Shown piece after piece: positions 28,500 to 38,646 of a stretch of DNA of 64,000 bases. Position 1 is the stretch's first letter, and every line of letters begins with the position of its first letter. This DNA is from an uncultured Candidatus Binatia bacterium. GTDB lineage: Bacteria; Desulfobacterota; Binatia; UBA9968; JAJDTQ01. The notes beneath the pieces are model-generated. The model was given only the letters and a program-made list of their open reading frames with translations. It searched no databases and had not been told where the DNA came from. The translations under genes and the position numbers were made by a program. The stretch covers positions 1 through 64,000 of the forward strand of contig OZ219754.1 of assembly GCA_964291295.2 (NCBI GenBank). The letters run 5' to 3'.

Positions 28500-29315
28500 A
28501 TGTCCGTCATCATGATCTACGAGGGCATCTCCGGGGCTGAGGAAGTCGCCCGGCGGGTGGCCCGGTCCCTCGACTACAGGTGCGTGGGCCGGGAAGACCT
28601 GGCGGCCACGCTCGCGCACCACGGCGTGCCGCGCGCCAAGCTCGACGAGATCACGGAGAAGGAGCCGCACTGGTGGGAACAGTGGCTCCGGGACCTCCGC
28701 CCTTACCGGGTCGCGCTCCAGGCCGCCATGTGCGAGATGGCTCAGGACGGTCCGCTCGTCTACCACGGGCACCTGGGACACGAGCTTCTTCCCGGAGTGC
28801 CCCACGTTCTCAAGGTCTTCGTGACCGGCTCCATGGAGTTGCGCGTCGAACTGCTGCGCTCGCGCCTGGCGGTGGACGAGAGCACCATTCGCAAACAACT
28901 CGAACACACCGACAGGGCCCGCGCCCGGCGGCTGGTGGCCCTGTTCGGCAACGACTGGCAGGACGCGACCCGTTACCACCTGGTGGTGAATCTCGCCATG
29001 GGCGTGGAAGCCGCGAGCGAGGTGATCCGCACCACGGCCGGACTCCAGGCGTTCGCCGAGACACCGGCCTCCAGGCAGGCCTTCGAAGACCTTGCGCTGG
29101 CCAGAAAGACGCAGGCGACCCTGCTTCAGTCCGAACTGTATCGCGACCTGCCCATCGACGTGAAGGCATGCGAGGGCACGGTCACCGTGTCCGGAATGGT
29201 CTCGACGCCGATCACGGTGGAAGAGGTGGTGGCCACCGTCAAGACCATTCCCGAGGTTCGCGAGGTGACGGCGAATCTCGTGGTGATCCCACGGCGCCAC
29301 TCGAACGTCGAATAG
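28500..29315 (+). CDS. Cytidylate kinase-like protein with C-terminal BON domain
   Basis: GAEEVARRVA..L.Y, VYHGHLGH, LKVFV...E.RV, D..RAR, YHLVVN; C-terminal IDVK...G.VTVSG.V...IPEVREV. Confidence 0.75.
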   Translation: MSVIMIYEGISGAEEVARRVARSLDYRCVGREDLAATLAHHGVPRAKLDEITEKEPHWWEQWLRDLRPYRVALQAAMCEMAQDGPLVYHGHLGHELLPGVPHVLKVFVTGSMELRVELLRSRLAVDESTIRKQLEHTDRARARRLVALFGNDWQDATRYHLVVNLAMGVEAASEVIRTTAGLQAFAETPASRQAFEDLALARKTQATLLQSELYRDLPIDVKACEGTVTVSGMVSTPITVEEVVATVKTIPEVREVTANLVVIPRRHSNVE

Positions 29316-29323
29316 CCGCGGCC

Positions 29324-29345
29324 CCGGCCGGGAGAGCCCGGCCGG
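29324..29345. terminator. GC-rich hairpin after the cytidylate kinase-like gene (no U tract)
   Basis: CCGGCCGGG-agag-CCCGGCCGG. Confidence 0.3.
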
Positions 29346-29926
29346 CCCCCGAGCGGGCACCGAGGAGCACCGCGGAGAATCTTCGCGGTACGGAGATCCG
29401 CCAAGTCCCCGGTCGTGCCCGTGCATACCCATTCCGAATCTGAATCAGTATTGCCACAGATCATGGCAGGCGCCTCCGGTATCCGGTTGATTGGAAGCGC
29501 GAACCGGCCGCATGGCGCACCCGGTTCCCAAGCCGTCGCACGTTCTTGAGCCGTCGCACACCGAGGCTGGCCCTGAAGGGCGAAAAGACGCTTCTCGGTG
29601 AACTCCTGAAAGGATCTCCGCAGATGGAAGACCAAACAGAAAAATTGCTGAATTTCGCCGGGCTTTCGTCATTCCAGGAAAGGGGCAGGCGCGCGGGGAT
29701 GACACAGGGAGGCGAAATTCGGGACGGGGGATGAGGTCATGACAACGGCGATGGACGCGTCGGGGATGCAAGATCTGCCGCGGCCATCCGGTCGGGACGC
29801 GATCCGCCACACGTGCGCGCAACTTTGCCTCTGCCTTGGCTGCAACGTGACCCATATGCCTCGAGGCCGGGGCGTGTGGGTCATGGTCAAGACTTGCCGG
29901 GGTGCGGGAACGCCCGACGTGCGGCC

Positions 29927-32593
29927 ATGGGCATCATGAATCGCGGCAGGCGCGAGAATTGTCGGACGCCAGGGAGGATCGGGATTGCCTGCTCCTTGGC
30001 CCTGTGCGTGACCCTCGCTCTGGCGGGCTGCGGAGGCTCCACGGGCGGCGGCCCGCCCGCCGGCACACCGAACCCCGCAGACGACGGCCCGCCCGCCGGC
30101 ACACCGAACCCCGTAGACGGCGGCCCGCCCGCCGGGGCACCGAACCCCGTAGACGACGGCCCGCCCGCCGGCACACCGAACCCCGCAGACGACGGCCCGC
30201 CCGCCGGCACACCGGACCCCGCAGACGGCGGCCCGCCTGCCGGCACACCGAACCCCGCAGACGACGGCCCGCCCGCCGGGGCACCGAACCGAACCCCGTA
30301 GACGGCGGCCCGCCCGCCGGCACACCGGACCCCGTAGACGACGGCCCGCCCGCCGGCACACCGGACCCCGTAGACGGCGGCCCGCCTGCCGGCACACCGA
30401 ACCCCGTGGATGACGGTTCGCGGACGCCATCATCCTGTCCGGCCGACACCGTTGCCACCCACCCTTCCCTTGAACTTGGCTGCATCGCAAGGGAGGTATT
30501 TCTCCGGAAGGCGAAGGAGTGGTCCCGCGATTACAGGAGCGAAGCGGGTTTCCGAAATCAATGGGGCCTGGAAACCATTGGCGCCGACCATGCCTATGCC
30601 CATCTGCGCCTCCTCAAGGGAGGCGATGTGGAGCCCGGGGAAGGCGTCACCATTGGCTTTGTCGATACCGGCATCGATAGGGATCACCCTTCTTTTGCAG
30701 ACACCGCCGTTACCGAGAGTTTCCTGAACGGAGCGGAGGACGAGAACGGCGACAGACATTCCCACGGAACCTGGGTCGCCAGCATTGCAGCCGGCGATCG
30801 GGTATCCGATCCCGATGCCCATCACGGAGTGGCCTGGGGTGCCGATATCGCCATGTTCGCTATCCCGCCCGGAGATTACCGTTACCAACCCGCCTCGCTC
30901 GCACAGTTGAACAGTAGAGACCCCAGTGATTCCGGACTTTTCAAATTCGCTTTGGGGGAACAGATCGATATCTTGAACGTAACCATGGGCTTTGACGGAA
31001 ATATCGAAGATTACAGCAATAAACAAATACGCAAGAACTACGCCAGAACCATAGCCGCCCTTGCGCAAGAAAACACAAAGGAGAAAGCAATTCTTGTATG
31101 GAGCGCAGGCAATAACCATGGACGCGCATGCAGCGCGGCTCAAGTCGGGGCCAAACGGTGTGTCAATGACAGGGTCAATGCCTCCTCCCCCAAGCTCTGG
31201 CCTGGTCTGCCCGCTCGCATAGCGGAGTTGCGAGGCCATTCGATCGCGGTCGCCGCCATGGAGCAGGACGGCGCCATTGCGGAATACTCCAATCGCTGCG
31301 GCATCGCCGCCGATTACTGTATCGCCGCACCGGGCACGGATGTCCGGGCCGCCGATTTCGGACCAGCCAATGGAGTGAGTGGTGTTCGAGGATGGAGAGC
31401 CGTGCCAGGAACGTCCTATGCCGCGCCGATGGTCAGTGGGGGACTGGCCATCATGAAGCAGATCTTCCGGGGCCAACTCTCCAATACCGAACTGGTGAGC
31501 CGCCTGTTTGCCACGGCCAACAAGACGGGCATTTATGCCGACCGCTCCACCTATGGTCAGGGCCTCCTGGACTTGGGCGCCGTGGGGTACGGCCACTTTC
31601 ATACGACCCGGCGGGACCGTGGCGCAGCCGGACGCACGGGCCGGTGTCGCGGGCTCGGCGCTACGTCCGGGCCGAGCCTTGGGGGACAGCTTCATCCGCG
31701 CTCTCGGGCCGCGCGAGGTCGCCGCCTTCGACGAACCCGGCGCGCCCTTCTGGTTCGCGGCCGGCGACTTTGTGCGGCCGCCCCCGCAACGCGCCGCGCC
31801 CGTTCTACCGGACCGGCTTTTCGCCGATTCCGGGAAGCCCCGGCCGGAGGACGGCGCATGGAGACTGCATGCCCGGCCCCCCGGCCGGTTTCCCGGCCAT
31901 CTTGCGCTTGCCGACGGAGCCGCCCGCTTCGACCTCTCCACGCCCTGGGACTGGTCCGCCGCCTTCTTCCAGCGACCGCGGGAGAGAGGGGGCCAGCCCC
32001 TTTCGGGCTTCGCCGCGCAATGGCGGCCCGCCGACCTGTCGGCGGTCGCCCTGCAGGCCGCCTGGCTCACAGAGCCGGACAGCCTGCTGGGCAGTTCCGC
32101 TTCCGGAGCCTTCGGGCGGCTCGCGGGCCACACCGCTTTTCTCTCGGCCCGGCTGGAGGCGGACGGACCTCCGGGATGGCGACTGACGGCTCAGGGAGAA
32201 CTGGGCGCCGTGCGTCTGGACTCCATCGGCGGGCCGTTCATCCGTGATATCTCCACATTGCGCACCAGCGCCTTTCGCGTGGCCGCCGCCCACATCCTCT
32301 CTCCCGCCGGCGCAACCGTGCGCTTCGCCGTGGCGCAGCCGATCCGCGTCACGGATGGGGTTGCGCTCCTCCATCTGCCCACAGGCCGTACCGTTGACGG
32401 ACGGGTGGCCGGCGAGACCGTCGGCGTCGAGCTTGCACCGACCGGCCGCCAACTTGACTTGAGCGCGCGGATCGACCACTCCCTGGCTGGCGGTGTGCTC
32501 ACCCTCGAGTCCGTCTGGAGCCGGCAGCCCGGCCACCGGACGGACTCGCCCTCGGAATGGACGGTCCGGTCCGCATGGAAGAAGCAATTCTGA
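29927..32593 (+). pseudogene. S8 (subtilisin-like) lipoprotein protease with C-terminal beta-rich domain; two frameshifts (about 30290 and 31580)
   Basis: Lipobox LALAGC; triad motifs GFVDTGID, HGTWVASIAAG, GTSYAAPMVSG; SAGN; YGQGLLDL; C-terminal PTGRQLDL...W...F. Coding is split over three frames (track ORFs 29813-30301, 29902-32247, 31508-32593). Confidence 0.85.
30044..30408 (+). repeat. 36-bp coding tandem repeat x10 (D(D/G)GPPAGTP(N/D)P(A/V)); unit 7 carries a 5-bp GAACC duplication
   Basis: Units start at 30044, 30080, 30116, 30152, 30188, 30224, 30260 (41 bp), 30301, 30337 and 30373. Confidence 0.95.
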
Positions 32594-32791
32594 TGCGGAC
32601 GCCGGAGCACGGGTGAAGCAGCGTAACCCGCCGCAGTTCGGTGCCGTCGATGCCCGGGGCCGTTGGGTGACCAACGGTCTTTCAAGACCGGCAACCTGCG
32701 GGAACTCGTCAAGTCGCTCGAACTTCAGGGCCGGCGACGTTGGATCGAGTTGTGGCTGCCGTCGTGGAGCGGACCCGCGCGCGTGGCGCCG

Positions 32792-33151
32792 TCACGCCTT
32801 CTTGTCGTAGTAGCGCAACTCGAAGGTGATGCAGCCGTGGGGGCTCTTGTAGGGTCCGTGCACCATGCCCGGCGGGCGGCAGCCGTACATGCCCTTGGTG
32901 AACTCCTGGCCCAGGCGCGTGTCCACCAGGCTGCCTTCGACGATGATGACCTCTTCCCAGAAGTCATGCACGACGGTCTCGTCGGTTTCCACGCCGGCCG
33001 GGAAGTTGACCATGCGGGTGTAGTTCCCCGTTTCCGGATCCTCGCTCAGGATCTTCTCGGTGATCCCTTCGGCGGTGGCTCCTGAACCTGCGCCCACCGG
33101 GCGCCAGTCGATGGTGCCGGTGTCGAAAAACTCTCTCTCTTGCTTCGGCAT
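32792..33151 (-). CDS. Cupin domain protein (ChrR-like)
   Basis: EKILS.D...G.YTR...F..G......HDFWEEV, GMY.CRPPG..HGP. Confidence 0.85.
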   Translation of the reverse strand: MPKQEREFFDTGTIDWRPVGAGSGATAEGITEKILSEDPETGNYTRMVNFPAGVETDETVVHDFWEEVIIVEGSLVDTRLGQEFTKGMYGCRPPGMVHGPYKSPHGCITFELRYYDKKA

Positions 33152-33163
33152 CTCTCTCCTCCG

Positions 33164-33976
33164 TCAGACTGTGGGGCAGTCGATCAGAACCCGGTCGTTG
33201 AAGGCCGGGAAGGTGGATCGGATCTCCGGGATCCGGTCCAGGTCCAGGTCCGCACGCACGACGCATTCGCCGTCGCCGCCGGCGGCCAGGGGCGTCCCCC
33301 AAGGGTCGGCCACCGTGCTGTGGCCGACAAAAGCCTTGCCCCGGTTGCTGCCGGTACAGTTGCTGGAAACCAGGTAGACCTGGTTCTCCAGGGCACGGAC
33401 GCGGTTCAGCAGCAGCCAGGCCTCGAGCCGGGGATAGGGCCAGGCCGAGGCCACCAGGAAGACTTCGGCCCCGGCCACGGCCATCTGGCGGTAAAGCTCC
33501 GGAAACCGCAGGTCGTAGCAGGTCGACAGGCCGAACTTTCCCAGCTCGGTATCCACCACCGCCGGCGCCTCGCCCCGCGCCAGCAGCCGCGCCTCCTCCG
33601 ACTGGTACCCGAAGAGATGGATCTTGCGATAGGTCCCGGCGATCTGGCCCTGCCGGTCGATGAGGACGCTGGTGTTGTAGCAGGCGCCTCCGTCCTCCTC
33701 CACGATGCTGCCGCCAAAGAGGAAGCAGCCCTTGGCCGCGGCCTTCTCCCGCAGCATGGACACGGTGGGGCCGGACAGGCGCTCGCTCTGCGCGCGGTAG
33801 TCTTCGAAGGCGAAGTAGCCGACGTTCCAGATCTCCGGCAGAAGGACAAGGTCGGCGTCCTCCAGGCCGTCGATGAGGGCCGCGGCGCGGCGGAGGTTGG
33901 AGTCCTTGCCGCCGTCGTCCATGCCCATCTGAATGGATGCGACGCGGATCCGTCGTTCTTGAGGGTCACTCACCAT
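33164..33976 (-). CDS. Carbon-nitrogen hydrolase (nitrilase/amidase family)
   Basis: E-K-C triad motifs LLPEIW, YRKIHLF and TCYDLRFPE; RALENQ. Confidence 0.92.
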   Translation of the reverse strand: MVSDPQERRIRVASIQMGMDDGGKDSNLRRAAALIDGLEDADLVLLPEIWNVGYFAFEDYRAQSERLSGPTVSMLREKAAAKGCFLFGGSIVEEDGGACYNTSVLIDRQGQIAGTYRKIHLFGYQSEEARLLARGEAPAVVDTELGKFGLSTCYDLRFPELYRQMAVAGAEVFLVASAWPYPRLEAWLLLNRVRALENQVYLVSSNCTGSNRGKAFVGHSTVADPWGTPLAAGGDGECVVRADLDLDRIPEIRSTFPAFNDRVLIDCPTV

Positions 33977-34016
33977 GGGCCTCGAATGTCGGCGTTCCAC
34001 GGCCGGAGGGCCGCGT

Positions 34017-34715
34017 TTACGCGAGCCAGTCCACCGGGCGTATGCGGTAGCGGAACGACAACTCGCGCCCGAGGACGTCGTCGGAAAGGCAGCCCTCGAA
34101 GGTGGGCGAGAACAGCAGTGCACCGCCCAGGCTGGGCATGGTGCCCATGTACAGCACCATGCCGTCCAGCGACCCGTCCGTCACCACGGATCTCACTCCG
34201 CGGAGGAAGTCGTCAACCGTCAGGAAGTCGCCCAGGGATCCTTCCTGGTAGAGCGTCCGCCGTCCCTCCACCTCTATCCAGCTCCGGAGCTGCAACCGCT
34301 CCCAGTGGGGCGCCACCTCCGCGAGCTTCCACACCTGGCGGGACAACACCTTGGGGCAGATGACCTTGGACTTGGCGATGCTCGCCTTCTCCAGCTCCCG
34401 GTCCGTGTGATCGCTGCCCACGCCGATGTAGACCTGGTCTCCCCGGAACAGGAACACCACCTCCACCTCGCCGGAAGTGTCGCCGCCCAGCACCTCGATC
34501 TCGTCGTCGGTGGTGACCCGATCCCGCGTCACCGCGAAGTACGCGGGGATTCGGTCCGGTGCGGCAACGCCGTGGGCCTTGAGCTCCTCCACGTGCTTCA
34601 TGGCCCCTTCCCGGTTCCGGCCGGTGAACCCGGCGTCCAGGATCCGCGCCACCGGAAACTCCAGGTCCGAACGGCCGCCGTCGGCCGCGGCCACTGTCAG
34701 ATGCAGCGTGCGCAC
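34017..34715 (-). CDS. DUF2848-family protein (FAH-fold-like)
   Basis: AGFTGR......HVEEL...GV..P, TSGEVE, GVGSDHTDRELE......SK..CPK; GTG start after GGAGA. Confidence 0.82.
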   Translation of the reverse strand: MRTLHLTVAAADGGRSDLEFPVARILDAGFTGRNREGAMKHVEELKAHGVAAPDRIPAYFAVTRDRVTTDDEIEVLGGDTSGEVEVVFLFRGDQVYIGVGSDHTDRELEKASIAKSKVICPKVLSRQVWKLAEVAPHWERLQLRSWIEVEGRRTLYQEGSLGDFLTVDDFLRGVRSVVTDGSLDGMVLYMGTMPSLGGALLFSPTFEGCLSDDVLGRELSFRYRIRPVDWLA

Positions 34716-34772
34716 GTTCGTTTCTCCCGTTGCCCCGAACACCGTGCGGGCGCGGGCGGTGCGAGGTCCGCC

Positions 34773-35771
34773 CTACGATGCGAAATGGGGCGCAATCTTT
34801 TCCGCAATGAGATGCAGCTGCTCGATGTCCGGGCCCGCGGGCTGCAGGGTGACGTGGTCCAGCCCGGCCGCCTCCAACACCTTCAGCTTGGCCACGATCT
34901 GGTCGATGCTGCCGACCATGTAGCATTCCTGAAGATGTTCCCAGCTCCGGTTGCTGCCCATCATGCGCTCGATGTGAGGCCGCTGGAGCCGCAGCGCCTC
35001 GTCCGGGTCCCGGGTGTCCACGACATGGATGGCCTGGACGTGGGCGAAGCCCAGGGTGGCGGGATCCCGCCCTTCCGACTTCAGAAACGCGCTGACGGTC
35101 TCGAAGTCCCGACGGACCCATTCGAGCTTTCCCGAGGCGCGGCAGGTGAAGACATCGGCGTGTCTGGCGATGCGCCGCATCACGGTCTTCACCATATAGG
35201 GCTTGTCCGGGGACAGCCGGTCGGGGATGCGCGAACCGCCGGCAACCCAGACTTCCGGGTATCGGGGCGGCATGGGATCGATGGTGACGTCGTCGAACTG
35301 GAAGAACTCGCCCTTGAAGGAGACATGCCTCTCGGTCAGCAACCGCTTCACCGCGTCCAGGATCTCGTCGGTACGGCGCCCCCGCTCCCGCAGGTCGATG
35401 CCCATGGCGTCGAACTCGGGCTTGCTCCAGCCCGGCCCCACGCCGAAGAAGAACCGCCCGCCGGATATGTAGTCCAGGGTGGCGATCTCCTTGGCCAGCA
35501 GCACGGGGTGCCGCAACGGCAGCACCAGGATGTGGGTGCCCAACCGGATGCGCTCGGTGCACGCCGCTGCCGCCGATAGGCAGATGAGCGGATCCATCCA
35601 CGAGCCGCCGTAAAGGCCCGGGGCGTCCGTAAGGTGATCCCACACGGTCAAGGACTCGAACTTCAGCTCCTCGGTCTGCCGGGCGTAGTCCTGCACCACG
35701 GTGTGCGCCATCCGGTAGTCCATGTCCGGCCAGGCGTAGGTGGGGATGGTAATGCCAAGCTTGAGACTCAC
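34773..35771 (-). CDS. LLM-class flavin/F420-dependent oxidoreductase
   Basis: WDHL, T.RIRLGT.ILVLPLRHPVLLAKEIATLD.ISGGRF..GVG.GW...EF, RG.RTDE. Confidence 0.9.
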   Translation of the reverse strand: MSLKLGITIPTYAWPDMDYRMAHTVVQDYARQTEELKFESLTVWDHLTDAPGLYGGSWMDPLICLSAAAACTERIRLGTHILVLPLRHPVLLAKEIATLDYISGGRFFFGVGPGWSKPEFDAMGIDLRERGRRTDEILDAVKRLLTERHVSFKGEFFQFDDVTIDPMPPRYPEVWVAGGSRIPDRLSPDKPYMVKTVMRRIARHADVFTCRASGKLEWVRRDFETVSAFLKSEGRDPATLGFAHVQAIHVVDTRDPDEALRLQRPHIERMMGSNRSWEHLQECYMVGSIDQIVAKLKVLEAAGLDHVTLQPAGPDIEQLHLIAEKIAPHFAS

Positions 35772-35775
35772 ATAG

Positions 35776-35856
35776 GCTCCTTCAGCTTTGCTCCTTCAGC
35801 TTTGCTCCTTCAGCTTTGCTCCTTCAGCTTTGCTCCTTCAGCTTTGCTCCTTCAGC
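35776..35856. repeat. Perfect 14-bp tandem repeat GCTCCTTCAGCTTT x5.8, followed by GCGGCTTGCGGCTCGA x2 (35855-35887)
   Basis: Direct inspection; each unit reads AAAGCTGAAGGAGC on the minus strand. Confidence 0.95.
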
Positions 35857-36007
35857 GGCTTGCGGCTCGACGCGGCTTGCGGCTCGATCCCGAACAGTTA
35901 GAAAGACTGGCCGGCAATGTCAAGGACGCGGGGCGCGGGCGCTTTGACACACCGCCGGAACTGAAGTAGGCCTTCGGCTCAAGAGAGGAAGAGAGGAGAG
36001 GCGATCC

Positions 36008-37045
36008 ATGGCAAGCGTTCCGATCATCGACGCGGACGGGCACATTCTCGAAGACAACGACGAGCTCGAGAAGTATTTCGAGGGCCCTTACGAAGGCCAT
36101 CGGCGGCACAAGGTCTTCGGCCTGTTCCCGTCGCTGGACGGCTGGCCCCGGGGCGCCGTCAAGGGGCTCCGGAAAGCCAGCCGGACCTCACCGGAGAACT
36201 GGCTGGAGTTCATCGACGGAGCCGGCATCGAGGCGGCGGTGCTCTATCCCACCGCGGGGCTGGCCTTCGGCCTGATCCAGGATCCAGACTGGGCCTGCGC
36301 ACTGGCCCGGGCCTACAACAACTGGTTCCACGACAAATATGCCCGGACCAGCCCGCGGCTCAAGGGCGTCGCGATCCTGCCGGTGCACGACGTGCCGCGG
36401 GCGGTCGAAGAACTGCGCCGCGCGGTGACCGGGCAGGGAATGGCCGCTGGCCTGCTGCCTGCGGTCAACGTACTCCACAAGGGGTTCGGTCACTCCGACT
36501 TTCACCCGCTCTACGAGGAAGCGCAGCGCCTGGACTGCCCGCTGGCGATCCACGGCGGCCCGAGTCAGGGGCTCGGGTTCGACCACCTCCGGACCATGTC
36601 CATGATCCACACCCTGGAGCACCCCATCGCCCAGATGATCCAGATGACCAGCATGGTGCTGGACGGCGTGTTCGAGCTCTTTCCGAAGCTACGGGTGGGC
36701 TATCTGGAGGCCGGCGCCGGCTGGGTGCCCTACATGATGGAGCGCATGGACGACAAGTTCCACGTGGACCGCAAGCGCAGACACTTCCCGCTGAAAAAGC
36801 CCCCCAGCGCGTATATCCGGGAAGGCAATGTCTTCTTCACCTGCGAACTGGACGAGAAGGTTCTCGACGTGGTGGCGCGGGAACTGGGCGAGGACACCCT
36901 GATGTACCCGTCGGACTATCCGCACGAAAAGGCGGTGTCCGAGTTTGGCGCCGACATCCCCGCGTTCCTGGAGCGCCCCGATCTGTCCGGGGGACTGAAA
37001 CGGAAGATCCTGTACGACAACGCCAAGCGGTTCTACGGAATATAG
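36008..37045 (+). CDS. Amidohydrolase family protein (Amidohydro_2)
   Basis: IIDADGHILE, AVLYPT, ARAYNNW, PLAIH, GVFE.FPKLR...LEAGAGW.P, SDYPH. Confidence 0.92.
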   Translation: MASVPIIDADGHILEDNDELEKYFEGPYEGHRRHKVFGLFPSLDGWPRGAVKGLRKASRTSPENWLEFIDGAGIEAAVLYPTAGLAFGLIQDPDWACALARAYNNWFHDKYARTSPRLKGVAILPVHDVPRAVEELRRAVTGQGMAAGLLPAVNVLHKGFGHSDFHPLYEEAQRLDCPLAIHGGPSQGLGFDHLRTMSMIHTLEHPIAQMIQMTSMVLDGVFELFPKLRVGYLEAGAGWVPYMMERMDDKFHVDRKRRHFPLKKPPSAYIREGNVFFTCELDEKVLDVVARELGEDTLMYPSDYPHEKAVSEFGADIPAFLERPDLSGGLKRKILYDNAKRFYGI

Positions 37046-37092
37046 CCCGCGCTTCGGCGGACTCGCTTCGGGCGGACTCGAAAACCGCCTCC

Positions 37093-38550
37093 CTATCCCT
37101 CCGGCCGCTGGCCCAGGCGAACCGAGAGGTCCGGCCGCCGGATGAAGATCTGGCTGGTCGCCGCACGCTCGGTGAGCGACCTGACCAGCCCCACGAGACT
37201 GCCGCCGTTCCGGGTCCGGGCCGGCGCCTGCCGCATGGCGCGCACGTCCTCTTCGGAGGTGAAGTAGCGCAGCAGCAACTCGTCGTCCGACACGCCCGGG
37301 CCGCCGATCTTCTCCCGCAACTCCTTGACCGAGCTTTCCGGGGGCCGCCAACTCTTGAGCTCTCTGGCCCGCGGCCGGTCCAGAATCCGGTCGCGGACGT
37401 CCGGGTCCATTGACGAGCACTCCTCCTCGCCCCACCACCCCATCGCGTACAGGATCACCTCATCGGTGACCTGCCGGTAGCGCTGGCCCAGGATCACGTT
37501 GATGGCGCACTGGCTGCCGACGAACTGGGAGTATGGCGTCACCATGACGGGATAGCCGAACTCCTCCCGCACGCGGCACGCCTCTTCCAGCACCTCGCCG
37601 AGCCGGTCCCCCATGCCGATGCCGGCGAGCTGGTGGCGCAGGTTCGAGATCATTCCACCGGGAACCTGGTGCAGGAAGTGGTACGCATCGTAGGGAAGCG
37701 GCGCACCCAGGGGCAAGCCTTCCTCCTGCGCCACCCGGGTGAAGTGCTCCGATACCGGCCGAAGGCCCTCCTCGTCGATGATCGGCGTGTAGCCCAGGGC
37801 GCGGGCGTTCCGGGCGATGTGGAACAATGACGGGTTGGACGAACCATCCGACAGCGGCGGCAGCGCCGCATTGATGATGGGGATGCCCGCCTTGATGGCG
37901 TCGAGGGTGCACAGCGGCCCGAGACCGCTGTTGCAGTGGGTGTGGAACTCCACCGGAATTCCGCCGGCGTTCTCCAGCACCACCGGCGCCAGCGAGCGTG
38001 TGCGGTCCGGCGTCAGCAGGCCGCCGGGGTCCTTCAGGCAGATGCGCTTCACCGCCAGCTTCGCCGCCGCGCGGGTCCGCGCCGCGTAGTATGCGTCGGT
38101 GTGCTTGGGCGAAATGGAAAAGATCAGGTTGACGATGCTCTCCAGTCCCGCCTCGGCGGCCGTCCGGACCTGATCGGCCCACACCGCCGGGGTATTGGAA
38201 GGGTCGGAGGTCCGCGCCTCGCTGATGCCGTTGGCCGCCAGCCGCTGGAGCCAGAGCTGCTGCACGGCCGGAGGGGTGTGCTGAAAGGCGGCCATGTAAC
38301 GGTTTCGGATGAGCCGCAGCGGCGTCCGGGGACTCTTCGCCTTGACCCGCCGTATGCGCTCCCAAGGATCGTCCTTGAGCTCGCGCACGCACTTCTTGAA
38401 GAAAGCCGAGGCAATGATCTCCATGCCCAGGAATCCCGCCGCGTCCATCCTTGAGGCCACCGGCAGGATCATGTCCGTCCGAATCCCCATGGCCCAAAGG
38501 CTCGACGGACCATCACGAAGCGTCGTGTCGACGAAATGGATATCCCTCAT
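37093..38550 (-). CDS. Pyruvate carboxylase subunit B / oxaloacetate decarboxylase alpha-like carboxyltransferase, no biotinyl domain
   Basis: FVDTTLRDG, DPWERIR, CLKDPGGLLTP, EFHTHCNSG, HQVPGGMISN, GYPVMVTPYSQ.VG; no C-terminal EAMKM. Confidence 0.85.
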   Translation of the reverse strand: MRDIHFVDTTLRDGPSSLWAMGIRTDMILPVASRMDAAGFLGMEIIASAFFKKCVRELKDDPWERIRRVKAKSPRTPLRLIRNRYMAAFQHTPPAVQQLWLQRLAANGISEARTSDPSNTPAVWADQVRTAAEAGLESIVNLIFSISPKHTDAYYAARTRAAAKLAVKRICLKDPGGLLTPDRTRSLAPVVLENAGGIPVEFHTHCNSGLGPLCTLDAIKAGIPIINAALPPLSDGSSNPSLFHIARNARALGYTPIIDEEGLRPVSEHFTRVAQEEGLPLGAPLPYDAYHFLHQVPGGMISNLRHQLAGIGMGDRLGEVLEEACRVREEFGYPVMVTPYSQFVGSQCAINVILGQRYRQVTDEVILYAMGWWGEEECSSMDPDVRDRILDRPRARELKSWRPPESSVKELREKIGGPGVSDDELLLRYFTSEEDVRAMRQAPARTRNGGSLVGLVRSLTERAATSQIFIRRPDLSVRLGQRPEG

Positions 38551-38646
38551 GCCGGGGAGCATACCGAATCGGAGACACCATGGACAGGGTGAGTCTTGTC
38601 CAATGCTAAGAGAGCCTGAAGCAGGGGTGTCGGGGATCATCAGGAG

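Noticed and set aside
25846-28515. 889-aa plus-strand ORF and similar long ORFs (42655-44919, 55425-57641, 58770-60827, 40675-42597)
   Set aside because: Antisense to well-supported genes; expected in high-GC DNA; no motifs.
29400-29920. Riboswitch or ncRNA upstream of the S8 gene (includes AGCCGTCGCAC x2)
   Set aside because: No recognisable riboswitch consensus by eye; an Infernal/Rfam search would be needed.
30044-30408. 36-bp repeats as a CRISPR array
   Set aside because: Units are head-to-tail with no unique spacers, encode a 12-aa Pro/Gly linker, and no cas genes are present.
37050-37080. GCTTCGG(G)CGGACTC x2 between convergent genes
   Set aside because: Only two short copies; probably a local duplication with no supportable function.
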